A program made the translations under genes and the position numbers. A model generated the notes under the pieces. It saw only the letters and a list, made by a program, of their open reading frames with translations. It was not told the DNA's origin and did not search any database. Below, piece by piece: positions 1 to 11,513 of a DNA stretch of 64,000 nt. The DNA is from Phoronis australis (lineage: Eukaryota; Animalia; Phoronida), in assembly GCA_002633005.1 (NCBI GenBank), contig NMRA01000087.1, positions 312,291 through 376,290 of the forward strand. Reading direction: 5' to 3'. Each line of letters opens with the position of its first letter. The first letter of the stretch is position 1.

Positions 1-561
1 TTTGATAAATAACCAAATGTCGAGTTATTCTTTGCACTCTGTCGTACAAACCCACGAGTCACAACGCACCGTGTAACTTAAAGTGCCGCCATGTTTTCAC
101 CGCCACAATCAATAGGCATGCGGGCTCCAAAGGGAGGCATTATGTTACTGTGTGAGATGAATCACGTGGTTCTTGATTTCCGGAAATTTTTTTTTTCCGC
201 AACAACCTACTTCTGGGAACTGTTTATCAATGAGTCTATTGTCTTTTGTCTAAAAGCTAAAAATCAGTCGACAGATGGTTTGGCTGTTTCACAAAATAAG
301 GCTAAGACTAAAAGTCAGGAAATCTGTCTACTGAAGACTGGAAGGAAAAAGAAAGAAATCTGTAGCCTGCTCCGGAGCAGATTAAAAGCCAAAGTTAAAG
401 GACCACAAATCGACATTTGGCGTAGTTTCTTCCAGAAACAGGCCCCAGCTCATCCAAAACCCTCCCTACATTTTCTTATCCAGGAAACTTAATTCAAAAC
501 AGACTCTAAAATTTATTTGTCGTAGAACGTATTTCCCTAACCAAATACAAAAATTAATTGT

Positions 562-602
562 CTTTTGTGATGAAGATGTCTCTCATAACCGAAACGTCAA
601 AG
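562..602 (+). ncRNA. Degenerate Penelope-type minimal hammerhead ribozyme motif
   Basis: gTGATGAAG-atg-tctct-cat-aac-C-GAAACGTC with a cttt/aaag stem I. Matches the CUGAUGA..GAAAC-GUC core, but C3 is replaced by G and stem II is eroded. Confidence 0.4.
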
Positions 603-2821
603 CTGCTTTTCGCTCCGTTTAGTTGGTTAAAAAACGAAACTCGAATTGAGTCTTTTACTATCCTAAATTCGGTATTATTGTATTCCTTACCGTGATACGA
701 CTCTATTTCCGTTATCAGCTCAAGTCAGAGGGAATGGGTACACGCGCCATTTTCGAATTCGAAAATTAAGGATTGACTTACCCCGATAAACTCTAAAGCT
801 TTTTCTTTTTGGTAACGGAAATGGAGAATCCTATCACAGAGATCGATTTAATGCCAATGAAATCCCTAATTCGATTTTTTGTTTTTAACCAGCTTTAATT
901 TTGCTTGGAAAAATTGCGAAGTACGTCAAACCACGTGATTCGCCTTAATTCAGTCACAGTGTCTAGAAACCGATATGTTGCTGCCACAGTCTTCTGCAAT
1001 TGTTAGTCTTGGAATGAAACGTTATTACGCTTGCCAATGAATATAAGTCATTGGATTGCACTCATTTGCAGTATCTAGAATTTGGTACACAATCTCGTGC
1101 GTTTATAGTAATGGAGTTTACCATCTATTGTAACGAAGACCAAATCAACAACGACAAAAACCAATGTTTCTCCTCGCCCGACCCTCACTCCTCTGATATA
1201 GGCCGATACGTCGGTAAAATATTTTATTTTTCTCTTTTCACTGATGGCGCGCTCAGTTCAGTTACAAATATATTACATTTTCACAATTGTAAAAGAAATC
1301 TTTTGTCAGTTTGCAAATAACATGTTTTGAGTCGCGCGAGGGGAAACACTTTTGATTTAGTATACGCTTCAACCATTCTCCTGATAACTTTTCGGTGAAA
1401 AAAGATGTTCATTTAACAAAGCTGGAACCCCGCCCCCGTACAGCATCATTCTATTGTTGAACGATGTTTTTGAAGCCCAACAGTCAAGTTTGATGGTTAA
1501 ACAAAGCCAGATCTTCTGCTAATTTGATTCCCTTCAGTAAGTATGGATGTTTGTAAGACTTTTTCTCAGTTCACGGACTATAATTACCGGTGTCAAAGAC
1601 TAAATATTTCACTCAATATTTTTATTGTTCAGTTAAAACAGCTATAAACTTACCTTTCATCACAAAAACTAAATTTTGATACAAGCCACAATTACCGTTA
1701 TGAAAGTGCTCCTCAGTTAAATTTGAGAAGATTTCTTGGCCAGACTTATCATTGCTTGACACCAAACTCTACAAAGTGGCTTGTCACGACGTGTCATTTT
1801 ACTGCTCATAGCGACATAATCTCGGCGTATAAAATGACAAACAGTTTAAAATAAAATGTCATCCATATAAACTGACAGTTTTCAAGCCCAGGCATCATTT
1901 TTATCTGAATTAGTAACTAGTTGAAATCAGTTGTGGTACCATTCGTAGACCAAACTTCTTGCAGTCACTTAAAATCACGCGATTAAAAGGCGAGTATTTC
2001 GCAAGTGTGCCCGATCTCCTACTAGCGGCCACAGTTGAACGCTGTGATTGATCAGTGAGATTGGAATGTTGAATATAATTGGATGAAATTGATAAAGAAT
2101 GGCATAGAATTCACTGTTTCTGTTCCTGAAGCGAAGATTTCTTGCTGGATATACAAACCTAATTTATTGCACCACGGAAACGCAGCCCAGTGTCAAAGCG
2201 GTATTATAGTTAGTCCAAATCACGCTTTCTTTGACAGAATGCGAGTTTGTAACGGCATTAATACATTTAGACCACGTGTCTTTTCAACTGGGTGAACCCT
2301 AACCCTGAAGTGCCATCAACGTTTTATTGAACGAGAAAAATCACTATTGACACCGCAAGTCGGAGCCTCAAGAAGTCATTTTGGTGGTCTGGCTCTTTCC
2401 ATAGACAAACAATATGCAGTACTTAAGGTGGCGTTCCGCACACGCAAGACACTCGCGAGACTTTTGCGGCGATAAACCTTGGCTTTTGGAATGGAAATAA
2501 AGATTTTCTTACAGCTTTAGTAACATTCCAAGTCCCGCAGATCCCATATTTTCAATCGGCCATTTTCTTATGGAACGCAAGCAAGGTCACAGTTTACTCA
2601 CGAAACACTCGCCTTTTACTCGTCTTATCGTACGTGGTCTTGGTGGACCCTGGTTTTTTTGCAAGAAATTTGTTATACACAACGTAGCTCATGCAACTAT
2701 CCCTACACCATCCATTGCTGGGTATTGAACCAGACGTAGGCGGCGTCCAAAGGCGATGTATTGCCCAACGACAACGCTGCCCCTAATCTCACTTTCCCCA
2801 TCATCGTCTGTATGATTACAG

Positions 2822-2905
2822 TGGTCCTCCAACGGCTCCCAAACCTTCCCCACCGGTACATCAACCACCTCAACCCCAACCGGTTCACTATCAACAACAA
2901 CCGCA

Positions 2906-2936
<31 letters not shown>

Positions 2937-3135
2937 CAGCGACACCAACCGCAGTACCAACAACAACCGGCTCAACAGGCGTATCAGCCCGCCTACCAAC
3001 AACAGTTGAGCCCGCAGCAAAGAGCCCCGCAGCAGCAGCCAGCTGGGGCCAAGCAGGCGCAGAAGAAGAGCGCCGTCCTGGCGGCATTTGAAGACGAACA
3101 GGCGGGATCCTTGACGGGAGGACTCAGAACCAACG
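2822..3135 (+). CDS. Zasp-like gene, Pro/Gln-rich (poly-Q) internal exon
   Basis: Branch-like CTAAT at 2783, acceptor ttacag|2822, donor cg|gtagga. Encodes GPPTAPKPSPPVHQPPQPQPVHYQQQPQQQ...KKSAVLAAFEDEQAGSLTGGLRTN. This frame is not in the ORF track. Confidence 0.75.
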
Positions 3136-6100
3136 GTAGGAGAACGGTTGAATGGTCACTGAAATGTTAACATGTTTATGTTGAACCAATTTAAAGACCA
3201 GTTTTATCAAAGGTAGTACGCCCGTGATAGCTGAAAATCCCACAAGCGCACGATAACAAAATCGATGCTATTTTTTTACCACAACAAAACAACGCAACCT
3301 GGCAACACATTGCCACTAATTAGATTGTATTTCGCTCGCACACTTAATAGTCATCTCCGTAAGCCACTTCTATGAACTGTGTGCCAGCAAACATTTAAGA
3401 TGTCACCATTTTATCTACGACTGGGCGCACCACTTTCGATAAAACTTTACCTAGCTCCATTGTTAGGAAAATTTATTAACTTTTTTTTTAAATTTCGTTA
3501 AGGTGTTTCTCTTCCTCCAAATGAACTCGTAAATCGTGTCGTGTTTTTTCATAAAGTAATGGAAATGTAAATAAATAAAATAGAATAAAATATCATGAAA
3601 TAAATGTGTTACAACTGATGTTGTTTTAGTTAGTTTATCGTTGCTCGTAGTCAATTCGCTTGCCGTTAGCAATACATAATTATCGCATGCGCTTGCAAGG
3701 CAAGTATTACGTGAAGCCTTTTGTGAATGAACTCATCAAATGGAACGTTGAGGTTCGAAGACGTCATCGAGAGTGGACAGCTAAAGTAGACTTGGATCTG
3801 CAGATCACCAACTCGTGGTAAAATATTGCTTCTAGAGAAGGTTTGTAAATTAAAAGCCCTGACTACGCCTATACGCACCCCAATGGTGTCTTGCCATTTA
3901 TTTGTTTATCAGACTTTGAGCATTCAACTATTGTTCCTTGCAACTAAAAAGGGTTCGTTGATGGACCACTTAGCACCTAGATCTTTGTACTCTCCTGTTC
4001 ACTTTGGGGCTTAGTCACTAAGTGTCGCCCAGTGCGTGACAGCTGTATTATCTAGACTCGGTGTTCGATGCCACCACTTTGATGATGTCACGCAAGTATA
4101 TTCAGTTCTGATTTCCTTGTGAATAAGTAATAAATTGTTTTTTTTTTTGTTCATTGCCCTTTGCTGCACACACTATGAAGAATTCTTGCAACGACCTATC
4201 TCATCAGTTGATGTGCGATTAGTGGTTCAGACAGGTTTTCCATATTATTAAAATTGTTCACGACTCGGCGATCATTTTTGAAACACGCCGAAATGGGTCT
4301 GTCGACCCACAGGGTGACCCTAGACACACGGGCCGTTTCGGTCTCGGCGAAGCCAGTTCAGATGTTTTCGTGTAATTCCAGCTAACATGAAACCATGGGA
4401 GATTGAGGCGATGCGGGCGGAGAAAGCACAGGAAGAAATCGAACGGCTCACGCAGGAGAGGAAACAGGGTAACATTGGCGGCAGAACCATGGATATCACC
4501 TACGGCTCGGGTCAACCATCCGGTCCTCAAGTGGTCCATCTGCAATACAACACCCCCATGGGAATGTACTCAAGGGGAAACGTCGATACCGCCTTGTCCG
4601 ACCAAACCGCTGGAAGACCCGGTGAAGGAACACTTCAGTAAGTCTTCTGTCGTGGCTTGGCTGTGTCCGTTTGGCAATAAAGAAACTTCTATCCAAAAGC
4701 CACAATGAATGAAAAATTTTTTTAGCTACGCTTAAATCTTGAAAAGAGATGCCCCTTTTGACAGACCGCAATCACAGAACGAATTGATGTTTTTGCGAAA
4801 TAATCCAATACCGGAATTAGTTGTAAGTTGGTTACGTACCGTCCTAGACATTCCTTGACCTAGTGACTTTGGCGATTATTTAAATCACTCAATTATTAAC
4901 CTTGTCGGCGCAGGTTATGTTGCCATGCGTTCTTGACAGCTCCAGTATCATTGAGAATGTTCTAAAACCCCCACCACCCCCTCGACCCACAGCCCTCGAC
5001 CTGGTCCACATAACCTTGACTCGATCTGAACATAGTACTGCTCTTCAATAAATGGCAGATTCAAACTTTTTTGGCAGAGTGGAGGAACCGACAAATATGT
5101 AACTTCTTCAGTAAATACAGTTTAAAAACAAGCTGTTAATTAAAAAGCATCTCAACGTTACATGGAGTATTTTGTAAATGAGTATAAAACAGAAAGCAAA
5201 TAGAAAATGGAATATTACGTGCATTCCCATTAACGTACTCTCCCCCTAAGTTTAGTAGAACTGGGTCATTGGTAGCCGCTCGTGAAACTATTTCCGTGAC
5301 AACGATAGCAGACTCACAACCGGCTATTTCAGATCATATTCTTACATGTACGTCATTTTCTGTTTTTAACCACCAGACTTGAGCCAGAGCAGAGTCGTGT
5401 GTATTAAGGTCTTATGGGAAAGACGTTCAGCGACGTAATGTGATTATGAAATGTGTAAAAAGCGCAAAAATACATCTATTGCTACAGGTCGTGGGTCGAG
5501 GGGGTTGTGGGTCATGAGATTTTGGGCCGAGGGGGTCGTAGAATGTGGGGGACGAGGGGGTTGAGGGGTTTTTAGAACAACCCCTCTCATTGTCTGTTCT
5601 TTTTCAATCTTGCATGACTTTCCTTCAAGTATGATTTCTCTAATTCGTTGTCGATACCAGAACTCTTCCCTGATGTAGTGCGGGTTCCTGGAAATAATGA
5701 CCTCCAATGATTATGTCTGTGTTTTGTATCCTCAAATGAAGCTATTTCAACTAAACAGCACTAGAGATTTTTTTCCGAATGAGTATACTTGAATTCAGAT
5801 TATTATTTTGCGCAAGACTTCTGTTGCTGCAACAATGGCCGCCAAAGTGAATGGCTGCGTCTAATTGTCTTTGCCGTTTACGTCGCGGCTAAGACATCTG
5901 ATTGGTTCAAAAGCCGGAAGTTGATTCCGCGGAGCAGACGAAGTCAGTGCAGTCGGTGAAGCTAGTGACACCGACTTTTCTGACATAAAAAAGTTAATGA
6001 GAACGCAAATACATAAAAGGTTGTGTGTAATTTGTTGTTTAGTGAAATCTGTTAAATCTACTGAAATTGTTCATTGGCGACAGAACTGAAGAAACTGTTT

Positions 6101-6346
6101 GAATGTTATAGCATCTCCGGAGGACACGGTCCACAGAATGACATCACACAATCGAAAACTTACAAACTGCTTCACGAGCAAGAGCGAGGCGGGCCGAAGG
6201 CGGCGCGTTACATCGACTTTGAGGGACAGGAGATCGAATACTCCGGATATCAGGATCAAAACAGACAGTCCGGAGCATTTCAGAGACTGGCGGAACAGAC
6301 GGGAACGTTGAATCAAGAAATGGCCATTGGAAGCTCAGATTTTTAG
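2822..6346 (+). CDS. Zasp: Zasp/PDLIM (ALP/Enigma-family) ZM-motif protein, 3' part: join(2822..3135,4382..4637,6112..6346); 5' exons (expected PDZ) not identified, probably upstream of the window
   Basis: Three exons with canonical AG/GT and matching phases (1, then 2). Exon 4382-4637 encodes VVHLQYNTPMGMYSRGNV, a Zasp-like (ZM) motif. The last exon has SKTYKLLHEQE...RQSGAFQRL, resembling the ALP/DUF4749 motif. TAG at 6344-6346. Confidence 0.8.
4382..4637 (+). CDS. Zasp-like gene, ZM-motif exon
   Basis: Acceptor ttccag|, donor ca|gtaagt; ZM motif VHLQYNTPMGMYS. Confidence 0.85.
4952..5589. mobile_element. Non-autonomous DNA transposon/MITE with imperfect terminal inverted repeats (Zasp intron)
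   Basis: Left gagaatgttctaaaacccccaccaccccctcgac vs right gacgagggggttgaggggtttttagaacaacccctctc (reverse-complement match), plus subterminal ccctcgacc repeats. Confidence 0.6.
6112..6346 (+). CDS. Zasp-like gene, terminal coding exon
   Basis: Acceptor ttatag|, phase 2 continues (ca|c = His); ALP-like motif; stop TAG. Confidence 0.8.
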
Positions 6347-7704
6347 ACTGTTTTAGTGCTGACTGGCCAAGTTCAGTATTTATTTCCGTTTGATCAAACC
6401 CTCACTTAGAAATTCAGAGTCTGTAGGTGTCACTTCCTGCACATGGTTTTCGAGTTCATAATTAGAGCAAAACAAAAAGTGCAAAAGCGTAGTTGTTTGG
6501 CGTATTACTCTGGTCTGTGATCAATAATTTAAGTATTGTTGACTATTGCTTAGTTTGTATGAAAATTGTTAAGTACATTTATCCCTGTTAAGTGTGTTTA
6601 TGCATTTCGTAAAGCCATGTCTTTCGAGTCATTCTTCAATGGAAATCAATTATTCATGTGTTCGAACGAGAGGTCCCGTGTGCCATAAGCTAGGATTTTT
6701 AGTTCCAATGCCTTGTCATTGGAACTCAAAATTTTTGCCTCACCATATCTGTAGGCTACTTTCTATAGCATCAGCTTGTACACATTCGTCACGTCTAGGT
6801 CTTAGGAGATCATTGAGATTGTGAATTTAGGGACTGGGATCCGTCTAGTACATTGGAGATCTCTGAAACGGTCTTTGCCACTAAAAGACTTTACAAGAAC
6901 TTTTTGTATCCATGTTTGTTTAAGAAAGGAAGTAGACCTAACGTCCTAAATCTGTAGGACAATTGGTTTCTGGTACCGTGTAAAGACAAGCGCCTGTGAT
7001 TTTGGAACTGGGTTCTTTAAGTAGGCTACGTGTAAATCGTAATTTTGGAGAGGGTTTACTACCGCCTCTCGTTGTGACCGTGGAAAGTGAGTGGGCTGCA
7101 GTCCACAACGATACTGTCTCATGCAAGACATTGCGAGATATTGTCATTTATTAAAAGCAAAGTACGTGATCGCACGAGCTTTCTCTCCCAAGTATATCGT
7201 GTTACGGAACGGGGTACTTGTGCCGTGCCATCTAAAGGGTTTTATGAGTACAGAAACTTTTTTGATTTTCTTAGAATCCTAGAAGGCGAACAACCCTTAT
7301 CACGAGTGCATTAGCCAGAATTCAGTTATGAGCAGTCGAGCGGCTTTGAAATCGTTCGGCAACTGTTGTGACTGTTTGCAACTACCGGCCGAGTAGAAAA
7401 ACAAGTGAACTAGCAGAATGCCCTGCCGTTCAATTTGCAAGGTTGGCACGGGTTATAGTTTTGTGATTGTTACCATATGAAGACTCGATAGTGTAATGAG
7501 GTTACTGGATTTGTTAGTGAACGCTTGTGGATGTATATACCATGCAAGGCTAAGGCAAGTCTGTCTTAAAACGAAGTTCGTTGCTCAACTCCGGTTTTCT
7601 AATAATGATGATGATTAGTCGTTAGTGCACGTGTGTTTGTGTGAACGGTTTCTATATACATGTTTTCTACCTTCATAAACTATAACCCATGCTGAAAAAC
7701 GTTA

Positions 7705-7710
7705 AATAAA
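7705..7710 (+). terminator. Candidate poly(A) signal of the Zasp-like gene
   Basis: AATAAA ~1.36 kb after the stop, at the end of a T-rich UTR-like stretch. Confidence 0.4.
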
Positions 7711-10700
7711 ACGTCGCCTACTGCTTTCCAATCAAATGCATTTTCTTTAAAGTAGATGATCAACGCATCTGCTTGTTTGCAGCCTGTCAATAGACGTAGG
7801 TGACGTCATACTGGGTGCCTCTGCCGCCAGTGCAGTTTCCCAAGTTTCAAGCGAACCTGGAATACCTTGAAGGTTGCTCACGCGAACTAAAAATGATTGA
7901 AACTGATCTGAGTTTAACTATACAGTTATGGTTAACAGCCAGGTTCGTCCAGTTTCAGATGAAACAACACGGGAAACGGAAAGGTATATTTTATTGCATA
8001 GTAAAAACACTCGGACTACAAATTATTAAACGGCGACAAGTTACAAATGGTTTCTTTAAAAATGCCAGTTATCCAGTTATGTTTTCGCCAAAATTCTAAT
8101 TACTTTAAAATGAGTCTAGCACTATAGACGTACGGCGATTTCTTGTTCAGCTGCCAGCAACCGTCTGGTTAACGGAGGTGCATAATTTACACGTAGACTT
8201 CACCGCTCCAATAAAGGGCAAACCAAAATGTTCATTTTTTCTCCCGCTGCAGACATTTTAACAAAAAGTTAAGAAAATTTAATTCGTAAAAATGCTGCTT
8301 ACGTCGACGTTAACACCTTCACCTAGAACTGAACTTAGCAAGCCTATAGACCAATTCCATCCTTACATTTAGAACCACGAAACTCACTGAGTAGCAGAAA
8401 CGTACATTCCCCGTCAATAGCACATTTGGAAATGGCGATTGATACCGGAGATACAATGGTGTTTTTAAAAATCAACTAAACGTTCACCGGAATTAAACTG
8501 CGGGAGAACAGTAAGACCAATCGCACTCACAATTTTCCCGTCCCCAAGAAATCTAACACAAAGGGACATCGGAAGTAGTACAAAGCAAGATTTAGGTCGA
8601 GGGATCTGCCATTTCGTGAATGGGCGTCCGCCAGAACAAATGAAAAAAAAAAAAACGACAACTGATTAACCACAAGACACCCTTGGCGTGACTTGGTAAG
8701 GCTGACAGACAAACATGCAAAATCGCAAATTTCAAACTGGAAAAAAACAAATTAGCGGTGGTGATCTGAACCTGAACTCTGCTGGGTCGAGTCATTCATC
8801 ACGACTAATCAGGAGTTGTGTCGCCAGATCAAAAATTAAAACAAAATAAAAAAACAAAAACAAAAAACAAAGGGCTCCACCCCAAACATGTACCAAATAA
8901 TGGCTTAACACCATGAGTATTACACAAAGTACACGTTTGTATAAATTGTTGTTAAAACAAAACAAATAAATACTATGATGCAACGATTAAATAAACACTA
9001 TCACTACATGGTTAAAACGGCCACAAGGCCCTTATCACATAGCCAATAAGTTGTTATCTTAAATAACTGTTAAATTGCTGGGGAGTAACCACCATGTCCT
9101 AGAAAAGGGAAATAATCGGTTTTATGACATTTTTGGGAATTATGGTTGGATGAGATAGCTTTCCTGACCTCAATAACTTTGACAAGAGTTATAGGACAAC
9201 AAAATTCGTTGTTGTTTGATTTTACTTCATATCGCCAATTCTCACTGCTATTTCCAGATTTTCCCTGAAATCAACGTCACAGACCTTACACGTTAAATAC
9301 ACTTAAAATACTCTGACATTTCTCGAGCAGGGCTCAGCTACCACAGCACAGCATTGGACTGCAACCACAGTGTTGATGTAGAAGTTTGATTCTTTGCCGA
9401 GAGACTGATGATCTAGGATTAAGAACCATATCATGTTGCATCTTAAGACTGACCTTGAGAATGTCCCGTTAAAAAAGGATTCACCAAACATGCATACCTA
9501 GCACCTTCAATCAGTGTAACCACTTGCCTGTGTTATTCTGCATTGTGCATTCATAAATGAACTGAGGAGGTCAACACTTAGGGATAAAACTATCCATATG
9601 ACTCCCTAACACTTGGCCACTTTCACAAAGAAATAAAAAAAATAAAAGGCTTATGAACTACTGCAACAAGAGTCACTAAGTAGTCTCATGGTGCCACGAT
9701 AGCATATACTAAAAGCCAACAATGTAAGTTTTCTCCCAGGCCAAAAGGGCAGCTTTAAGTTACACAATCTTCGTCTGCATAACACATAGTGTTTCACTAG
9801 TTTCCCTAACAAAGTTATTCACGACTTACACCTAAGGGCTAGCACAGATGGATAGCTGTCTGTCTCAGGTGAACCTTAGCTGAGCTGACAGCTCGCACCA
9901 AAGTGAGAACAATTTAATGAAGCAGTGGTTAGTTTATTCAGTTGTAGTTGCACGTTCACCAACACTTTGGCGTAAGTTGCCAGGTCAACTATGGTTCACT
10001 AGGGGCAGACAGCTCAGCTTATAGCCATTGGTCTGCAGAGGCTGTGCATTAGACAGTTTACTCATCCAAGGAGAAAGCTTGGCACTGTGCAGTCTGACAT
10101 TAATTTTGTTAATTCTTTTTGTCCAAAATTGGTGAGACATTATGTCACTTCAAAATTTAAACATGAAAGTGTCCAAGGGCAACAGTGGGTTTATGATGGT
10201 AGAAATCTTTAAAACTAACTTATATCAAAAGCTTAAAAATTTGTACTGTCACTAAGAATATAAAAATATCACATTCTCAACTAATAAAGCTTGCCTACCA
10301 TATAGAATATGTGAATGAATACATTTGCAAATCAATGACTAAACTTAAAATTTGCATAGTTGTTCATTTGATTGGTCTACAATGACATCACAGTCACACT
10401 CTACCCTTGTTTAATCAAAAAAGAAAACTGCGCATTTGTGTAAGCTAAAAGTACCAATAAATCTCTTCTATGTGATGCCAATCAGAAATACATGACAGTT
10501 TAAATTACCCACTCTTACAAAAATCATGCAATCAAAAACTCACATCCTGGCCTAATCTACTGGTGAAAATGGGACTGAGGTAAAGTATTTAAGCTTAATG
10601 AGTAGTCATTTTCTTTTAGCTCATGGCAATCTGAAAACACAAATCTTCAAAGATATCCTTCAAACAACACATACATTAATTTTGTCTGTTACTTGAATCA

Positions 10701-11122
10701 CTGGAAATTGTTCTAGAATTTGAAGTTGTGTAGGGTTCTAACATTAACAAATAATAAGGAAACATAACCCTTTAGTAGAGCCAAGTTAGCAGGTATCTGG
10801 ATAGCGCATTTGTACAACTTTGTTGTGGTAAAGATTAATTAAAAACCCCAGTTCAATAGTTCCCCATTGCACAAAGATGTTTACCTAATTTCAACAGTCA
10901 GAAGTCCCCAGCTAATGCCAGAGTCACCTTGCCATAAAAACAACAGATCTTTAACTACAACATCTTACCATGCTCAAGTCAATGCAAGAGTAAAAAGTTG
11001 AAGACCTACAGCATGCGCTGTGTATTAGTTTAAGAGGTAGAGTATACCATTGATCTAAGTTAAAGACAATGCATATTTCAGAGACACTAGTATGTCACCG
11101 AGCTGTTTCAGTGACAATGTAG

Positions 11123-11230
11123 GCAATAGTTGGATATAATTTGCCCGCATTTTGAGAACCAGTGTTCTCCACTGAATAACAAGCATCGAACTGGTTCTCA
11201 AAATGTGGGCACATTAGATCTGACTATTAC
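11123..11230. mobile_element. Short palindromic MITE in the LRRC20 3' UTR (same family as 43235-43340)
   Basis: Arms tgcccgcattttgagaaccagt / actggttctcaaaatgtgggca around a ~26-nt loop; a second, inverted copy lies in a BCAP intron. Confidence 0.65.
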
Positions 11231-11355
11231 TGCCAGTGTGACTCTGGTTTTAAACAGTCTTTCACATTAAAATTATAATAAGGAAATTTGCCTGTGTTGG
11301 CATGGGCAAGGACACCGAAAAATGCAAGACTCGATGCCGTTTGCTTCACAAGTCC

Positions 11356-11513
11356 TTAATCACCTCCATCAAACAAGTCCCCAGTTTCAGTCAGAGTGAC
11401 GGTGAAAACTCGGATGTTAGACAGCTGCTCAACAGTACTGGCTGGCAGGGGGTTGTGCTGGAGATTGATGTCGTCCAATGAAATCATCTGTTGCAACTTG
11501 GCCACATCCACCT
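11356..11513 (-). CDS. LRRC20: LRRC20 coding exon 4 (terminal)
   Basis: tttacag|AGGTG...; EVDVAKLQQMISLDDINLQHNPL...DGGD then TAA. Confidence 0.88.

Noticed and set aside
91-492. 133-aa ORF at the window start
   Set aside because: No recognisable domain or splice context; at most degraded repeat sequence.
2689-3087. Poly-Ala/Leu/Ser ORFs (2689..3087 -, 2703..3020 -, 2761..3009 +)
   Set aside because: These are shadow frames of the CAG/CAA poly-Q exon; only the Q frame has splice sites in phase with the ZM exon.
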